From IMG/VR virus record IMGVR_UViG_3300024346_000043: 64,000 nucleotides of DNA. The stretch is one strand, 5' to 3'. This document shows, piece by piece, positions 18,692 to 26,809 of the stretch. The notes under the pieces are model-generated. The model saw only the letters and a program-made list of their open reading frames with translations. It was not told where the DNA came from and ran no database searches. Made by a program: the position numbers and the translations under genes. The first letter of the stretch is position 1. The number at the start of each line of letters is the position of its first letter. Origin of the DNA: an uncultured virus (IMG/VR IMGVR_UViG_3300024346_000043) (taxonomy: Duplodnaviria; Heunggongvirae; Uroviricota; Caudoviricetes).

Positions 18692-19107
18692 TTCTTTAGT
18701 GCCTCTGCAGCTTGATTATGTATTAGTACAAATTCTTTGGGGATTACACAACTAGTATCAAACTTAATAATTTCACGATCTACATACTTAATTATGTCTT
18801 GACCACGTTGTTTGACTATTTGAGTTTTTATAACTGTTTTTTCAACAATTTCGGTGTTTGTATTTGCGGATTTGGCTTCTGCTTGTGCTACTTTGACTTC
18901 TAGGTCTTTAACACGAGCTAGCCAAGCATTATTATTGCTAATTGCACCTATCATATAAGTACTAAAGAAAATTAACGCAACAGCAACGGCTTGAAATATT
19001 TTTGTATGGGGCAAAAATGAAATAGTTTTAGTAACTAAGTATAAAATTATTCCAACAAAGAATAACACTGGAAAGATCCAGTTAGGTAAAAATTGTAGTA
19101 TCCACAT
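18688..19107 (-). CDS. Inner-membrane spanin (Rz-like)
   Basis: N-terminal TM helices, coiled coil, C-terminal C-x-I-P...HN motif. Confidence 0.78.
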   Translation of the reverse strand: MWILQFLPNWIFPVLFFVGIILYLVTKTISFLPHTKIFQAVAVALIFFSTYMIGAISNNNAWLARVKDLEVKVAQAEAKSANTNTEIVEKTVIKTQIVKQRGQDIIKYVDREIIKFDTSCVIPKEFVLIHNQAAEALKK

Positions 19108-20153
19108 TATGTCATACTTTTTAGGTTATTTACTAATCTTGCATTATCTGGAGCAAACTCCAGGGCTTTTTTTACTAATTCAAGGGCTTCCGATTTAAAT
19201 CCTAATTGCCATGCAGCTATAGAAGCATAATCATAAGGTACTTCACGCCATACTGTAGGATCCATTGTATAAACTAAAGCTTTGTCTTTGATTGCTAGTG
19301 CTGATTTACAGGCGGAGTAACAATCTAACCACATATTTAATTTATAACAAGTTTCAGCAAGCCCTACCCAAGGTTCACGAGTATTGGGAGCTTCAGCAAT
19401 TGCTAAACGAAACATTTTAACAGACTGTTCCCAGTTCTGTAATTCAGAGTAGCATTTACCTAATAAACGATAAGCATAGCATCGCTCATTTTGCCAAGTA
19501 GCTTCAGGCATTGCTAAGTACTTATTAAGAAAAATAATGGCTTCTTCCCAGCGTTTATAAAAGGTAAGTTCGCGAGCATGGTAAAAAGCATTACGAGGAC
19601 AGTGCGGATCTTCCAAAATTGCTAATTCTAAAAGAGGCATGTACTGCCCGCGTGATTTAGTATTATCAGGAAGATGCCTTACCAACAGCATATCTGTTTG
19701 TGCATATACTTCTTTGGTACGATTGTCTGGGCGAGGATATTCATGTACTGGGTGATGCCAGTGGTAGCCTGTTCTATGATGAATCTTTTCATAGAAAAAA
19801 CTAATACCGCTGCCCCAATCAAATTTATAACGTAAACGGGTAGTGTCTGCAGACCAAGTTTTTTCAATTTCTTCTCGCCAGCCTGGCTCTAAGACCTCGT
19901 CTAAGTCTAGCGAAATGCACACGTCGTAATCCCCAGGGATTAAATTTAGTGCTGTATCGCGAGCTTTATCAAACCGCCAAGGTTTAACTGAAATTTCATA
20001 TACGGTTGCACCGTATTTTTTGGCTTCAGCAACTGTTGCATCTGTAGAACCAGTATCCGCAATTAAGACAAGATCAGCGTCTATTGCGGATTTGCAAAAA
20101 CGTTCAACAAATTGTTCTTCATTTTTGCTTATAGCGTAAACTGCTATTTTCAT
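19107..20153 (-). CDS. Family 2 glycosyltransferase with C-terminal TPR repeats
   Basis: ISKNEE, DTGSTD, RFDKARD, DLDE (DxD), HE motif; TPR-like helical repeats in the C-terminal half. Confidence 0.9.
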   Translation of the reverse strand: MKIAVYAISKNEEQFVERFCKSAIDADLVLIADTGSTDATVAEAKKYGATVYEISVKPWRFDKARDTALNLIPGDYDVCISLDLDEVLEPGWREEIEKTWSADTTRLRYKFDWGSGISFFYEKIHHRTGYHWHHPVHEYPRPDNRTKEVYAQTDMLLVRHLPDNTKSRGQYMPLLELAILEDPHCPRNAFYHARELTFYKRWEEAIIFLNKYLAMPEATWQNERCYAYRLLGKCYSELQNWEQSVKMFRLAIAEAPNTREPWVGLAETCYKLNMWLDCYSACKSALAIKDKALVYTMDPTVWREVPYDYASIAAWQLGFKSEALELVKKALEFAPDNARLVNNLKSMT

Positions 20154-20178
20154 TTTTATTATTTAGTTAGTTAAAAAA

Positions 20179-21864
20179 TTAATTGGAAAATCGAATAGTT
20201 CCGAATCCACTTGTCCATATATAGTATCGATAGCCGCCTGTAACATAAGTTTCATATGTTCCTGATACGGCAACAGCTGGCGCTTTTGTATCTGGATACC
20301 TTATAATAGCTACACCGTTAGCCCCAGATCCTTGATATTGCCCTGCTTCGCCTGAATTAGCTCCGCTAGTGTTTGTACTACCATTATATCTTGTTGCCGT
20401 AGTACCTAGATAATTTACACCGCCGCCGCCTTGGCCACACAATACCCCTAACCAGTTAACTTTACCAGCGCCGCCTTTACCAGGTGATGTTGAACCTGCA
20501 GCCACTCCATTAGCTGCTGATCCAGAGCCACCTAAACCACCACCACCACCACCACCAGCTTTAGGAGCACCGTTACCGCCCGAACCAGCTTGACGATTAG
20601 CAGCATTAATAGTAACTATCACAGTGCCCGTTGTGTTATTCCATTGATTGGCACCATAAGAGTATTGAGTAGTACTACCATTACCACCACCTCCTCCACC
20701 TCCTCCGCCCCATGCAGCAGCCCCCAGAGTAGAAGCACCACGGCCACCACCTCGACCAAAAAATTCTAGCCATGGATTGCCTGCATACTGGCTTCTTATA
20801 TAAGTGTCTCCACCACTTGTAGCAGGTGCACCACCAGCACCTGCTTTAATGTAGTAAGTAACTCGCTGAGGAGCACCAGAAGTCCAAGCCATACTACCGC
20901 TAGCAAAACCTCCGCCACCACCGCCTCCGCCTGAAAAAACTGAGGGACCGCCTGCACCGCCACCAATAACCTGATATTCAAAATTAAAAGTTGGTTGTCC
21001 AAGATACGGTGATGTATCTTCGATACTTATTTCTGCACTAGTTGCTACAATAGGGCCTGTTGTAGAGCCTGTTCTAAGCTGAATTTGAAATGTTTCAGTG
21101 CCTTCAGTTAAGTTATCGTTTCTACCATTTATATGTATAATACCGTAACCTGTTGAAAATATGTAAACTCTTCCATCTTGTAACAATGCTTGGCTCGGAT
21201 AGTCAGTTGTGTAATAAGTAATATCAACCCCGCTAGTAGTACTAAAACCTGGAGAATTACTGGTTAAAGTGTAGTATAAATAAGTACCACCAGGAACTTG
21301 AGTTGTTAAAATTTTAAATTGTTTTGATGCTGGTTGAAAAGTACTGCCCCACACACCTTCGTCTAGGCTAGTAGGATTTGTGGAATCAAAAATATATGAT
21401 GGTGCCGTACTGGTATCGTTTACAGTTATAACCGAACTAGTTGCAACTACTACACTTGTAGTTGACCACTCTCGTATTTGTATTTGAAATAGCTCTGGAC
21501 CTTCTGTAATTGCATCTCGAATAGTTGTTATATTAAATCCACCAGTTCCGGTCCCATTTATATAAGCAAGACTACTGCTAACAAATGAACCACTAGTAGC
21601 TATAAAATCTGCATCACTTGTTGTTTGATGAAGTATTGTCCAAAATAAAGTAGTTCCTTGAGGTAAATTTTTACTTTGCACGTATATTGGAGTACTTACG
21701 TTTTCATTTATGTTTGTTGGAAAATAATAATCAACATTATTTAATTGTGACCATCCTTGTAGTGAAGGAAAAGTATAAACTCTAGGTGCAGTTACTCCAC
21801 CAGAAGGATTACCAGCAATACTTACGTTAGTTCCTGGATTTGATATAGTGGATTGAAAGGGCAT
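20179..21864 (-). CDS. Adhesin-like protein: two Calx-beta-like repeats + glycine-rich C-terminal domain
   Basis: Repeats DAITEGPELFQIQIR / DNLTEGTETFQIQLR; poly-Gly runs ending GANGVAIIRY. Confidence 0.75.
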   Translation of the reverse strand: MPFQSTISNPGTNVSIAGNPSGGVTAPRVYTFPSLQGWSQLNNVDYYFPTNINENVSTPIYVQSKNLPQGTTLFWTILHQTTSDADFIATSGSFVSSSLAYINGTGTGGFNITTIRDAITEGPELFQIQIREWSTTSVVVATSSVITVNDTSTAPSYIFDSTNPTSLDEGVWGSTFQPASKQFKILTTQVPGGTYLYYTLTSNSPGFSTTSGVDITYYTTDYPSQALLQDGRVYIFSTGYGIIHINGRNDNLTEGTETFQIQLRTGSTTGPIVATSAEISIEDTSPYLGQPTFNFEYQVIGGGAGGPSVFSGGGGGGGGFASGSMAWTSGAPQRVTYYIKAGAGGAPATSGGDTYIRSQYAGNPWLEFFGRGGGRGASTLGAAAWGGGGGGGGGNGSTTQYSYGANQWNNTTGTVIVTINAANRQAGSGGNGAPKAGGGGGGGLGGSGSAANGVAAGSTSPGKGGAGKVNWLGVLCGQGGGGVNYLGTTATRYNGSTNTSGANSGEAGQYQGSGANGVAIIRYPDTKAPAVAVSGTYETYVTGGYRYYIWTSGFGTIRFSN

Positions 21865-21873
21865 TAATTATCC

Positions 21874-22368
21874 TTATGCAAACTTAGTCTGAGAAGCATA
21901 TATTTGATATAAACCTGTAGTAGCATTAGCTGTACCAGTTTTAATAATAAATAAATTGTACATATCTGTAGAATTCATATTACCAGCAAAAAACACAACT
22001 CCAGACTGAAATATAGGATTTTGTGCAACATTATCAATAGATATAGCAGTTAGATAATAGGGTACATTACCGTTAGGAACTATTAAGCATATTCCAATAG
22101 ATTCACCTACAGCTAATACTGAATTTAAATTAGTATTAGCATCACCTCGTACAGCTATATTAAAATTTGATGTTGCTGTATTATACACCATAATGGCTTG
22201 TGTGGCAACATCAAAATTAAGCGAGCCCGCAGCAGCAGTATTAGTTACTGTAACGGCTTCTTTTGTTACTTTTAATGTTTTATTTACTAAAGTTTGAGTA
22301 CCTGTTAAAGTAGCCAAACTATTATATAGTGAAGACTCAATTGTTGCGGCTTTTACTAAAGTTGTCAT
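21874..22368 (-). CDS. Short tail-fibre tip/adaptor-like protein
   Basis: ATG 22368 with AAGGA SD; TLTGTQTLVNKTL fibre motif; C-terminal beta domain ending ASQTKFA. Confidence 0.65.
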   Translation of the reverse strand: MTTLVKAATIESSLYNSLATLTGTQTLVNKTLKVTKEAVTVTNTAAAGSLNFDVATQAIMVYNTATSNFNIAVRGDANTNLNSVLAVGESIGICLIVPNGNVPYYLTAISIDNVAQNPIFQSGVVFFAGNMNSTDMYNLFIIKTGTANATTGLYQIYASQTKFA

Positions 22369-22388
22369 ATTATTCCTTGTTATTGACT

Positions 22389-22580
22389 TTAAAAGAAAGC
22401 CATGAATTGACCCGAAACTGGAGAAGTTGCTAAAACAAAACGCCAACCAGTATTATTACCCAAATTAGTGTTAGTACCCGTAGCATATGCATCCCAAGTT
22501 GCACCGCTCTTAGAAACGGGTACTATACCTTCTGCGCTTAACACAGAACCTAGTTTTGATAAATATCGTGCTATACCCAT
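22389..22580 (-). CDS. 63-aa minimal or internally deleted paralogue of the fibre-appendage family
   Basis: N-terminus MGIARYLSKL...GIVPVSK matches the starts of neighbouring 345-2097 aa proteins. Confidence 0.6.
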   Translation of the reverse strand: MGIARYLSKLGSVLSAEGIVPVSKSGATWDAYATGTNTNLGNNTGWRFVLATSPVSGQFMAFF

Positions 22581-22582
22581 GA

Positions 22583-23620
22583 TTATTGAAACCTATATCT
22601 AATTATTACTATACCACCAGCACCATCACCGCCTGATGCGTTAATACCCTGACCATCTCCACCGTTACCAGTATTTGGTGTAGATGATATAGCTCCTGTC
22701 CAATTATCTCCACCACCTTTACCGCCTGTTGCGTAAACAGTACTTGTTCCTGAGATTAGTGAGGTAAATCCTGTTCCACCTGCAGCAAATCCAGTAACAT
22801 TTGAAATACCATTGACACCAGCCCCTGTAGCACCACCACCACCACCACCTGTTCCAGAAGTTGTGCCTGCACCATTACCTCCGGGAAAACCTTGTCCCGA
22901 GGTGCCGGCACCTCCATTTGAAGGCCACGTATATCCCACACCGCCCCCGCCGGATCCACCAGTAGCACCGGTAACCACGCTGCCCGATCCAGTATAGTTA
23001 GCACCACCGCCACCGCCTATTGCAGTTAAACTAAATCCTGTAGTATTAAGTCCGTTACCAGCTCTTCCGCTTGTACTACCACTACCTGCACCACCTGTGC
23101 CAACACCAATAACATAAGTAGCAACAGGTAATTCCAAAGCACTTTGATAAATTAAACCTCCTGCCCCTCCACCGCCGCCAACATCATTTGCTCCACCACC
23201 ACCCCCAGCAACTAATAATACTTCAAATGCAGATGCAGATTGAGAAACTACAAAATTACCACCAGTAGTAAACGTATGAACTTTGTAATTACCGTCAGTT
23301 GCAACAGAAGTACCGCCTGCTGCTAATGAAAGACCTAATGATTTAATAGTACTCCAGAAACCTAGGTAATATACTTCTAAAGCTGATGTAGTACTATTAA
23401 TACGAAAATTACCTTCACCTGGTGAAGCAGGACGTTGTCCAGTAGTACCTACAGGTAAATCAAAATAACCTGTACTTGTGTTTGCTTGATCACTAACTGC
23501 ACTAGGAGTTGAGGCTCCACCACTAAATGTAGTTGCTCCTGTTCCACCCTTTTCAGCAGACAATACTCCGTTAGAATCTAACCCTTCGGCTAATTTTGTT
23601 AATCTTGTTGCTGTACTCAT
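22583..23620 (-). CDS. Glycine-rich adhesin-like protein
   Basis: TGYFDLPVGTTGQRP module, YKVHTFT, poly-Gly repeats, C-terminal GIVIIRYRFQ. Confidence 0.8.
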   Translation of the reverse strand: MSTATRLTKLAEGLDSNGVLSAEKGGTGATTFSGGASTPSAVSDQANTSTGYFDLPVGTTGQRPASPGEGNFRINSTTSALEVYYLGFWSTIKSLGLSLAAGGTSVATDGNYKVHTFTTGGNFVVSQSASAFEVLLVAGGGGGANDVGGGGGAGGLIYQSALELPVATYVIGVGTGGAGSGSTSGRAGNGLNTTGFSLTAIGGGGGANYTGSGSVVTGATGGSGGGGVGYTWPSNGGAGTSGQGFPGGNGAGTTSGTGGGGGGATGAGVNGISNVTGFAAGGTGFTSLISGTSTVYATGGKGGGDNWTGAISSTPNTGNGGDGQGINASGGDGAGGIVIIRYRFQ

Positions 23621-23629
23621 TGTGTTTCC

Positions 23630-23992
23630 TTATTCCGTAATAGGAGTAAATTGCTCCCAAGCTTGACTAGTTTCGTTCCACTTATAAGGTCCACCAGTTT
23701 GTGGGTAAAGAACTGGAGGAATCCACAAGCAAGTAGCTTCTTCTAGTGTCCATGATGCAAACGGTCGAGGCGATATAAAAGCATCGCGATTAACGTCATA
23801 AGTATAACCTATACCTGCATAATTTTTACGCAGAGGAGTTCCGCCTGTGCGATGTATTCCACCATGTGTGTTATAGCTTGTTTGAATCCATTTAGCTGGA
23901 TCACCAACAGCATTAGAATCTATAAATTCTTGTTCTGCTACTATAACTTGTGTGACTACGTTATTTTCATTTATTTGTGCAAAATGACTCAT
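23630..23992 (-). CDS. Small protein within the Gly-rich adhesin cluster, possible assembly chaperone
   Basis: MSHFAQ...WIQTSYN...RKNYAGIGYTYD...DAFI, Trp/Pro-rich; chaperone role is an inference from position. Confidence 0.7.
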   Translation of the reverse strand: MSHFAQINENNVVTQVIVAEQEFIDSNAVGDPAKWIQTSYNTHGGIHRTGGTPLRKNYAGIGYTYDVNRDAFISPRPFASWTLEEATCLWIPPVLYPQTGGPYKWNETSQAWEQFTPITE

Positions 23993-25332
23993 TATTGAAA
24001 CCTATATTTAATTATTACTATGCCGCTACCACCTGTACCACCGTAGTTGTTTGAGTTATAGTGTGCACCACCTCCGCCACCGCCACCGGTGTTAGCACCA
24101 CCTGCTCCACCAGGTACGTTTGTTTGAGAAACTAGTGAACCAACAGTACCATCTAAACCTGTGTTTAGGGCTTGACCACCACCTAAACCGCCACCAGAAA
24201 CTTTAGGGCCACCACCACCACCACCACCTAATCCGCCGTTACCAGCAATGTTTGAGTATCCAGCACCACCACCACCACCAGCCCAGTATAAGCTTGATCC
24301 ATTAATTGTGTTTAGTACGCCAACGCCACCATTAGCTGGGTTAACCGCACCAGCAGCACCTGCACCACCGCCACCACCAGGGTAGTAATTTCCTGCACCA
24401 ACAGAACCATTATTGCCTTGACCAACTGTTCCTAGTCCAGGAGTTGCTCCACTACCACTTGAGGCTGAACCACCGCCACTGCCGCCAGTGCCTGCTACGT
24501 TAGCCGTTCCATATCCGGATCCGCCACCACCACCACCAATGGCAGTAGCAATATTTGTACCACCAGTGTAAATAATAGAACTAGGAGTACCATTAACGCC
24601 TCGTACTTGAGAAGTACCTGCAGGACCTCCTACTCCACCACCGCCTACTGTAATAGCATATGCACCAGTATTAAGTACTAATCCTGCAGCAGCTAAGTAT
24701 CCACCGGCACCACCACCACCACCCATATCAGATCCACCACCACCACCGCCTGCAACAACTAAATATTCTACAGCAGATACAGCAGAAGCACCAGTAACAA
24801 AAAACGATCCACTAGTTAAAAAAGTATGTATTTTAAAATTACCGCTAGTAGTTACTATAGCGTTACTGTTTGCTGTAAGATACCCAAAATAATTAACAAC
24901 ACTCCATGCCCCGTTATAGTATACTTCCAATGTACTGTCAGTAGTATTTATGCGAGTATAACCTATGGCTGGTGAACCTGGTCGCGTTGCTGTTGTTCCT
25001 GATGGTAATCCTACGTAATCTCCAGTTAACTGAAGATTATCAAAACTAACTGTACCACCTATTGTTATCCAAGCAGTACCGTTATATTGTTCTAAAGCAC
25101 CTATAGTAGTATTAAAACGAACCATACCTGTGTTTGCAGTTACAGGTCGTTGAGCAGTTGTACCTGTTGGCAGATCAAAATAACCAGTACTAGTATTAGT
25201 TTGATCACTTATTTTATCTGGGGCAAGAACAGTGCTTGCTTTTGTCCAGCCTGTACCATTATAAGTCCAGTTAATACTATTATAAGTATATAACTGGTTT
25301 AACGTTGGGCTTGAAGGAAATTGTATTGCCAT
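23992..25332 (-). CDS. Glycine-rich adhesin-like protein
   Basis: Two LPxGTTAxRP modules, FKIHTF, poly-Gly repeats, C-terminal GSGIVIIKYRFQ. Confidence 0.8.
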   Translation of the reverse strand: MAIQFPSSPTLNQLYTYNSINWTYNGTGWTKASTVLAPDKISDQTNTSTGYFDLPTGTTAQRPVTANTGMVRFNTTIGALEQYNGTAWITIGGTVSFDNLQLTGDYVGLPSGTTATRPGSPAIGYTRINTTDSTLEVYYNGAWSVVNYFGYLTANSNAIVTTSGNFKIHTFLTSGSFFVTGASAVSAVEYLVVAGGGGGGSDMGGGGGAGGYLAAAGLVLNTGAYAITVGGGGVGGPAGTSQVRGVNGTPSSIIYTGGTNIATAIGGGGGGSGYGTANVAGTGGSGGGSASSGSGATPGLGTVGQGNNGSVGAGNYYPGGGGGAGAAGAVNPANGGVGVLNTINGSSLYWAGGGGGAGYSNIAGNGGLGGGGGGGPKVSGGGLGGGQALNTGLDGTVGSLVSQTNVPGGAGGANTGGGGGGGAHYNSNNYGGTGGSGIVIIKYRFQ

Positions 25333-25333
25333 G

Positions 25334-26800
25334 TTATTGGTACCTATATCTAATTATTACTACACCTGACCCGCCACTACCAACAGTACCAGCACTAGTA
25401 CCAACACCACCACCTCCACCACCACCAGTGTTAAGAGCACCGCTACCACCATCAAATACCGTACTAGGTCCACCGCCAGAGCCTCCTCCTCCATTGCCTC
25501 CAGCAGCTCTAGTTCCTTGATAAGTACCACCACCACCACCTCCTGCAAGGTAATAAGTACCATTAACTAGTTGACCTGCAGTTGACCCTGCAAAAGGATT
25601 TGCTATTCCAACTCCTCCTAGACCAGCGGCATTTCCAACAGCCGAAGCACCAGCAGCACCTGCACCACCGCCACCGCCTCCGGAAGAGTTACTGCCTCCA
25701 GTTGAGCCATTTCCGCCTGCATTTCCTTGACCACTTGGACTTGCAGCACCACCTAATCCTACTACTCCTGAACTCCAAGCAGAAGAAGCCCCTCCACCAG
25801 AGCCGCCTGAGTTACCAGTTCTACTAGAGTAACTAATACCTGCACCACCTCCGCCACCAACTGCAGTTAATCCAAATGCAGTTGAAGGATTACCATTTAC
25901 AAAAACCTGCGAAGCAATAGAAGTAGCTACTCCACCAATAGTTATAGGGTAAGCTTGTTGAGCAACTGCTATGCTTCCAGTTAAATATCCACCAGCACCA
26001 CCTCCACCGCCTTGGTCAATACCACCAGCACCGCCGCCCCCTACAATTACATAATCAACAGTTGCTCCTGTAGGAACAACTGTTGGAGTAAATGAGCCTG
26101 TAGTGCCAGTATAAGTTAATAAAATATAGTTTCCACTATAACTTAAAGTTGCTCCGCTGTAAGTAGCTGAAATTAATCCTATATACTGCATATTTACCCA
26201 TGAACCGTTATAGTATACTTCTAAATAGTTTGTAGTAGTATTTATTCTAGTAAAACCATTAGCTGGAGATACTGGACGTTGTGCTGTTGTACCTGTGGGC
26301 ATTCCAAAATACCCTGTGCTTGTATTTGCTTGATCACTAACTGCTGCAGGTGTAATTGCTGGTTTATTTATTAAATCAGCGTAACTACCAGTAGTAGCTA
26401 CTGTTGAAAGTGCTGGTTTATTAGTTAAATCATTGTAACTTCCGCCAAAACCACCCGCTAATATCCAACCACCAGGTCCGTAGGTATATAAATCGCCTGT
26501 TTCTGAATTTAACCAAAATGCACCATCAGTAGGACTTGCAGGAGCAGTACTACTGATTGTAGCACTACCCCCTAGACCTGTCCAAGTAGTACCATTCCAA
26601 GTTTCTATAAGTCCTAGGCTAGAGTTATGACGAACCATACCTGTGTTAGGAGACCCTGGGCGTTGCCCAGTAGTCCCCGAAGGTAAATCAAAGTACCCAG
26701 TACTAGAATTAGGCTTATCACTTATTGACTTTGCGTCGGTGATAGTACCATCTGTGCCAAGTGCATCGACTAAATTTGCTAAATTTACTGCTAGAGTCAT
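25334..26800 (-). CDS. Glycine-rich adhesin-like protein
   Basis: Two PxGTTxQRP modules, GSYxDLxNKP repeats, poly-Gly, C-terminal GSGVVIIRYRYQ. Confidence 0.8.
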   Translation of the reverse strand: MTLAVNLANLVDALGTDGTITDAKSISDKPNSSTGYFDLPSGTTGQRPGSPNTGMVRHNSSLGLIETWNGTTWTGLGGSATISSTAPASPTDGAFWLNSETGDLYTYGPGGWILAGGFGGSYNDLTNKPALSTVATTGSYADLINKPAITPAAVSDQANTSTGYFGMPTGTTAQRPVSPANGFTRINTTTNYLEVYYNGSWVNMQYIGLISATYSGATLSYSGNYILLTYTGTTGSFTPTVVPTGATVDYVIVGGGGAGGIDQGGGGGAGGYLTGSIAVAQQAYPITIGGVATSIASQVFVNGNPSTAFGLTAVGGGGGAGISYSSRTGNSGGSGGGASSAWSSGVVGLGGAASPSGQGNAGGNGSTGGSNSSGGGGGGAGAAGASAVGNAAGLGGVGIANPFAGSTAGQLVNGTYYLAGGGGGGTYQGTRAAGGNGGGGSGGGPSTVFDGGSGALNTGGGGGGGVGTSAGTVGSGGSGVVIIRYRYQ

Positions 26801-26809
26801 AATTTCCCT

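Noticed and set aside
4103..22446. ORF-track starts at 4103, 4690, 6010, 11666, 13675, 16367 and 22446
   Set aside because: Downstream starts (4175, 4705, 6058, 11741, 13708, 16289, 22368) fit SD sites, promoters or gene packing better
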